Shown here piece by piece: positions 34,123 through 37,187 of a stretch of DNA of 37,187 bases. The stretch comes from a virus (taxonomy: Duplodnaviria; Caudoviricetes). The translations under genes and the position numbers were made by a program. The notes below the pieces were generated by a model. The model made no database searches and was not told where the DNA came from. It was given only the letters and a program-made list of their open reading frames with translations. Position 1 is the first letter of the stretch. Each line of letters starts with the position of its first letter. The stretch lies in IMG/VR virus record IMGVR_UViG_3300032274_000766, positions 1 to 37,187 of that record. One strand, 5' to 3'.

Positions 34123-34544
34123 TTATTTATGTAAAAATTGACCGTCTGACCGGTGATGTAATCCACCGGCGCTCTGTTGAAAAAGCCTTGGACTATCGTG
34201 GTCTGGACAAGCCGTTCCCCTGGCTGGAATTACAGCAAACTGCGCAGCCGGTTTTTAATCCTGATACGCACAAACTTGTGGCGACCATTACCCAGCCGGA
34301 TTTATCGGACCTTACCATCGACGTTCCGGCCACGGCGAAGCGCGTTCATGGATGGAATAAAGTCGCCTTGAATGTCGCCGAACAAACACGGCAAAAGCAG
34401 CAGAAAATTGACGGCCTTCACTCCGGCCTTTTCCGCATTATTGAAGACCTTGCAGCATACAGCGTGAACGGTACGCCTCTCAGTGTTGAAGTGCTGGCAA
34501 AAATCAACACCATTCGCCGCCTACGCGGCGAGGCGGACTTGTAA
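34119..34544 (+). CDS. Hypothetical tail-associated protein (possible fibre chaperone)
   Basis: ATGA-coupled; P.FNP.THKL motif and C-terminal helix. Confidence 0.55.
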   Translation: MIIYVKIDRLTGDVIHRRSVEKALDYRGLDKPFPWLELQQTAQPVFNPDTHKLVATITQPDLSDLTIDVPATAKRVHGWNKVALNVAEQTRQKQQKIDGLHSGLFRIIEDLAAYSVNGTPLSVEVLAKINTIRRLRGEADL

Positions 34545-35101
34545 TGTTACCGGGCCTGCTTGGTTTGGGTGCAGGGGCATCCGTCATTCCATGGATAGAC
34601 ATGAGCGCCACGCAGTTCAGCCTTGGGGATACCGGCAGCTTTTCATGGTCAGGTTCGGACATCACATGTGGAACGGCTGATAAGAACGTCAGGACCGCCT
34701 TGACGCTTATCAGTTCGGCGGACGATTTCGATTTTGAATTTACTTGCCCGGCTTCGATGGGTGATACCCCATCAATCGGATTTTACGACAACGGGGCAAC
34801 AAACGGGTCAGAACGCCCGACCGGCACCGACGATGTTGTTGGCGCGGTCAACAGCACCTTCGGGTGGTGGCATGGGGCGCGTGTTACAGACACCGGCGGG
34901 GGGCAAACTGCCGGATGGATGGATAGTAATGTGATTCGCCTCTCGCGCCTGGGGTCAACCTATTACGGGTACATAAACGATATTCTCGATCATACCTTTG
35001 TAGACGTAACCGGGAACACGGCGGGTGGGTTATTCATTGGCCGGACAGGTGTCGGTGGTTCAATCATTATCACCCAAGTCCGCTACCGGATTATTTCATA
35101 A
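34544..35101 (+). CDS. Beta-sandwich (lectin/SPRY-like) virion protein
   Basis: TAATG-coupled; MLPGLLGLG N-terminus; DFDFEF...IGFY...IRLSRLGSTYYGYIND. Confidence 0.55.
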   Translation: MLPGLLGLGAGASVIPWIDMSATQFSLGDTGSFSWSGSDITCGTADKNVRTALTLISSADDFDFEFTCPASMGDTPSIGFYDNGATNGSERPTGTDDVVGAVNSTFGWWHGARVTDTGGGQTAGWMDSNVIRLSRLGSTYYGYINDILDHTFVDVTGNTAGGLFIGRTGVGGSIIITQVRYRIIS

Positions 35102-35156
35102 TGGAATAACGGCGCTTAATCACAACGTCTGAAATAATTACGAGAGTGGGGAGAAT

Positions 35157-35477
35157 ATGGAACAGGCAAGTGTTGACCTGGTGTTTTGGCTTGCCGGTGG
35201 CGCGGCTGCGGCATTGGCGGCGGATTTTTCTTACACCTGGTGGGTCCGCAATGACGCTATCAAGGCCCGCGACATCCTGCACAAGCGCATCAACGCGCTG
35301 ACCAGGGATTTAGCCGATTACAAACTGGCTGTGGCGGACAAATACGCCTCCGTCGGCCACCTGCAGGAGGTCGAAAGCCGTCTTGCCCAGGAACTCGTCA
35401 CCATGAATGCGACCCTGACAGCCTTGTTGAAGGCAATTTCCACGATGCAGGGCTCGCTTGGCGTAAAGGGAGAATGA
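35157..35477 (+). CDS. Single-TM plus coiled-coil lysis-cassette protein (holin/antiholin-like)
   Basis: GGGGAG RBS; N-terminal hydrophobic helix; L..YKL.VA..YAS...L.EVE.RL; precedes the endolysin. Confidence 0.6.
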   Translation: MEQASVDLVFWLAGGAAAALAADFSYTWWVRNDAIKARDILHKRINALTRDLADYKLAVADKYASVGHLQEVESRLAQELVTMNATLTALLKAISTMQGSLGVKGE

Positions 35478-35478
35478 T

Positions 35479-36012
35479 ATGAACCTGTCAAATAACTTCA
35501 CGCTTTCCGAAGCAACAAAATCAGACACCGCGCTTCGCCTGGGTATCGATAATAGCCCGCCCGTAAGCATGCACCTGGGGCTGATTAACGTAGCGGTGAC
35601 GTTGTTGCAGCCGGTGCGCGAATACTTCAACGTCGGCTTCGTTCCATCTAGCTGGTTTCGCTGCGAGGCGCTTGAAAAAGCCATTAATTGGGGTGGGCGT
35701 TCCGACAGTGCCTTCGGTCGGTGGTGTGGTCGCCATGGCCATCCGACCGATGATGAAAGTTGGGATATTTACTTCGCAAAGAAGCAACACCCGACCGGCC
35801 AGGCTGTCGATTTTGAAGTTCCCGGCGTGGCAAATTTGGCTCTCGCCTTATGGATAGAATCCAACCTGAATTTTGACCAGCTAATCCTTGAATTCTATAG
35901 CCCTGACAATCCGCGTGCTGGATGGGTTCACGCATCAACCCGCCTTGACGGTAACAACCGCCGCCAAACCCTGACCATCACCCGCACCGGCACCCGCGCC
36001 GGGTTGGGCTGA
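35479..36012 (+). CDS. Endolysin, peptidase M15A family (Zn D-Ala-D-Ala peptidase)
   Basis: LS.NFTLSE..KS.TA.R.GIDN.P, LQPVRE.F, S.FRC..L, QH..GQAVDF, FDQLILEF, WVH.S. Confidence 0.9.
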   Translation: MNLSNNFTLSEATKSDTALRLGIDNSPPVSMHLGLINVAVTLLQPVREYFNVGFVPSSWFRCEALEKAINWGGRSDSAFGRWCGRHGHPTDDESWDIYFAKKQHPTGQAVDFEVPGVANLALALWIESNLNFDQLILEFYSPDNPRAGWVHASTRLDGNNRRQTLTITRTGTRAGLG

Positions 36013-36025
36013 TAAGGAAAATATC

Positions 36026-36667
36026 ATGATTCAGTTTTTGCCACTTATCTTCAAAGCCCTGACCGGCGCACCGGCGCTGATCGAGGTCGGTAAGGTGGTG
36101 TTCGAGGCCGTCACCGGGTCGCCATCGACCGCCACAACCCCGGAAGCCCTGCAGGGCGAAGTCGAGGCCATGCCGCAAGAACAGCGCGCTGCCTGGGCCG
36201 AACAGATGAAAGTTAAAGTCGATATATACCAGGCGGAAACCGAACGCCTAGTCAATGAACAGGGTGTGGTTACGGATGGTCTGATCGATAAACTGGATAC
36301 GCCGACCGCTGACAAGATCGCGCTGCTGCGCATGACGACACGGCCAAAGGTGGTCTTGCGTATGTCGCATTTCTTGATGGTGCCGCTTTATATCATGGCT
36401 TTGGACGGCTTCCTGGCCCTTTGCAACACCTTCATATTGTTTCGCCATACCGGCGAAGGTGCGCCGCAGTTGCTCACCCTGTTGGCCTCGACGTTCTTCG
36501 CAGAGGGTTCAATCTATCTGGGCATGTATCAGGCCGGGGTAACTCCGGCGGCGACCATCGTCGTTAGTTACATGACCCTGCGGCAAATAGAAAAGGCTGG
36601 CCATCCAAACCCGCTGGCGTCCGCAGGTAACGCCATCAAGGGCCTGCTGGCCGGGTTGCGTAAATAA
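36026..36667 (+). CDS. Holin-like membrane protein
   Basis: TAAGGA RBS; N-terminal amphipathic helix, RP motif followed by hydrophobic helices, Y...R..EK C-terminal motif; follows the endolysin. Confidence 0.6.
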   Translation: MIQFLPLIFKALTGAPALIEVGKVVFEAVTGSPSTATTPEALQGEVEAMPQEQRAAWAEQMKVKVDIYQAETERLVNEQGVVTDGLIDKLDTPTADKIALLRMTTRPKVVLRMSHFLMVPLYIMALDGFLALCNTFILFRHTGEGAPQLLTLLASTFFAEGSIYLGMYQAGVTPAATIVVSYMTLRQIEKAGHPNPLASAGNAIKGLLAGLRK

Positions 36668-36686
36668 CGGAAAATAAATAGGGGCT

Positions 36687-37187
36687 TTATTTATGTCGCC
36701 ATTCCCCCGGCGTCATAAACGGCCCTGACCAGATACCCCGGCGCGCCGCCTTGGCGAGCGCTTCCTCCCCCACATACAGATTCGAATATTTCCGATAGGC
36801 CATGGCCAAGCCGTCAAGAACCAGTTGGCGGGCGATGTTCTTACCGCCTGCCTCACAGGTCGCCAGGGCGCGCTTGAATTTGTCGCGGCCTTCCGGCCTG
36901 CAGGCGACGACCTGGCCGTCGATCATCGCCCTGACTGCCGCCGTGGCGGCTTCCCCACACGCCCATTCTGCGCCCGCAGCGCCGCAAGTCTGATTCCATT
37001 CCGGCGCATCGATGCCTTGAACACGGATTTCAATATCGCCGCCCCGGCACCTTCCCTTAACCATTTCCCCGCCGATGATCAGGCTGTCGCCATCGATCGC
37101 GCAAGCGCGCCCGGTGATAACCGTTTCGGCGGCGGTGGTGATGGCGGACGACATAAAAAATAGCCCCAAAATGATGATGATAATCAT
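36687..37187 (-). CDS. Thermonuclease (SNase family) with signal/membrane anchor; the 5' end may lie beyond the window
   Basis: IDGDSL, IRVQGIDAPE..Q.C, W.CG..A, D.FKR.LA.C, LV..GLA.AYRKYS..Y...E..AK.ARRGIW.G.F..P.EWR. Confidence 0.92.
   Translation of the reverse strand: MIIIIILGLFFMSSAITTAAETVITGRACAIDGDSLIIGGEMVKGRCRGGDIEIRVQGIDAPEWNQTCGAAGAEWACGEAATAAVRAMIDGQVVACRPEGRDKFKRALATCEAGGKNIARQLVLDGLAMAYRKYSNLYVGEEALAKAARRGIWSGPFMTPGEWRHK

Larger units (their letters stand above)
1..36667. mobile_element. Lambda-like temperate phage/prophage; left end and integrase not in the window
   Basis: Continuous lambdoid synteny: immunity, replication, cos, head, tail, lysis. Confidence 0.93.

Noticed and set aside
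33166-35101. Diversity-generating retroelement or invertible tail-fibre cassette
   Set aside because: No reverse transcriptase, no TR/VR repeat pair, and no inverted partial fibre genes or flanking inverted repeats seen; the recombinase is over 30 kb away
36668-37187. attR / prophage boundary
   Set aside because: No tRNA fragment or direct repeat matching another part of the window; the boundary cannot be placed

Overview
Nearly the whole window is a lambda-like temperate siphophage or prophage. The GC-rich sequence and gene families suggest an alphaproteobacterial host (inference). From left to right it has: (1) a leftward early operon with a 5hmdU-kinase-helical/aGPT-Pplase-like DNA-modification gene, a small serine recombinase, an HD phosphohydrolase and a Zn-finger gene; (2) a cI/cro-like switch with visible operators and two mirror-image leaderless promoters; (3) a rightward early operon with a DNA methyltransferase, DUF4326-like and DUF5131-like genes and a D5/P4 helicase followed by an origin-like double inverted repeat; (4) a putative late regulator, a lambda-like cosQ/cosN site and a structured leader in front of a ParB-methyltransferase; (5) the head genes terS, terL, gpW, portal, S49 protease/scaffold, decoration and capsid; (6) tail genes, including a -1 frameshift chaperone; (7) a 3.4-kb accessory island (HigBA, XRE, a BRO-N/winged-helix fusion, a membrane Zn-ribbon/WYL-like protein); (8) tape measure, tail tip, a lysis cassette and a thermonuclease. 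No integrase or att site is visible in the window. The best candidates for something new are a bistable RNA leader that can hide the RBS of the ParB-methyltransferase next to cos, a distributed DNA-modification gene set, and a non-cleavable repressor paired with a BRO-N/origin-binding-domain fusion. All family calls come from reading motifs by eye; no database searches were run.
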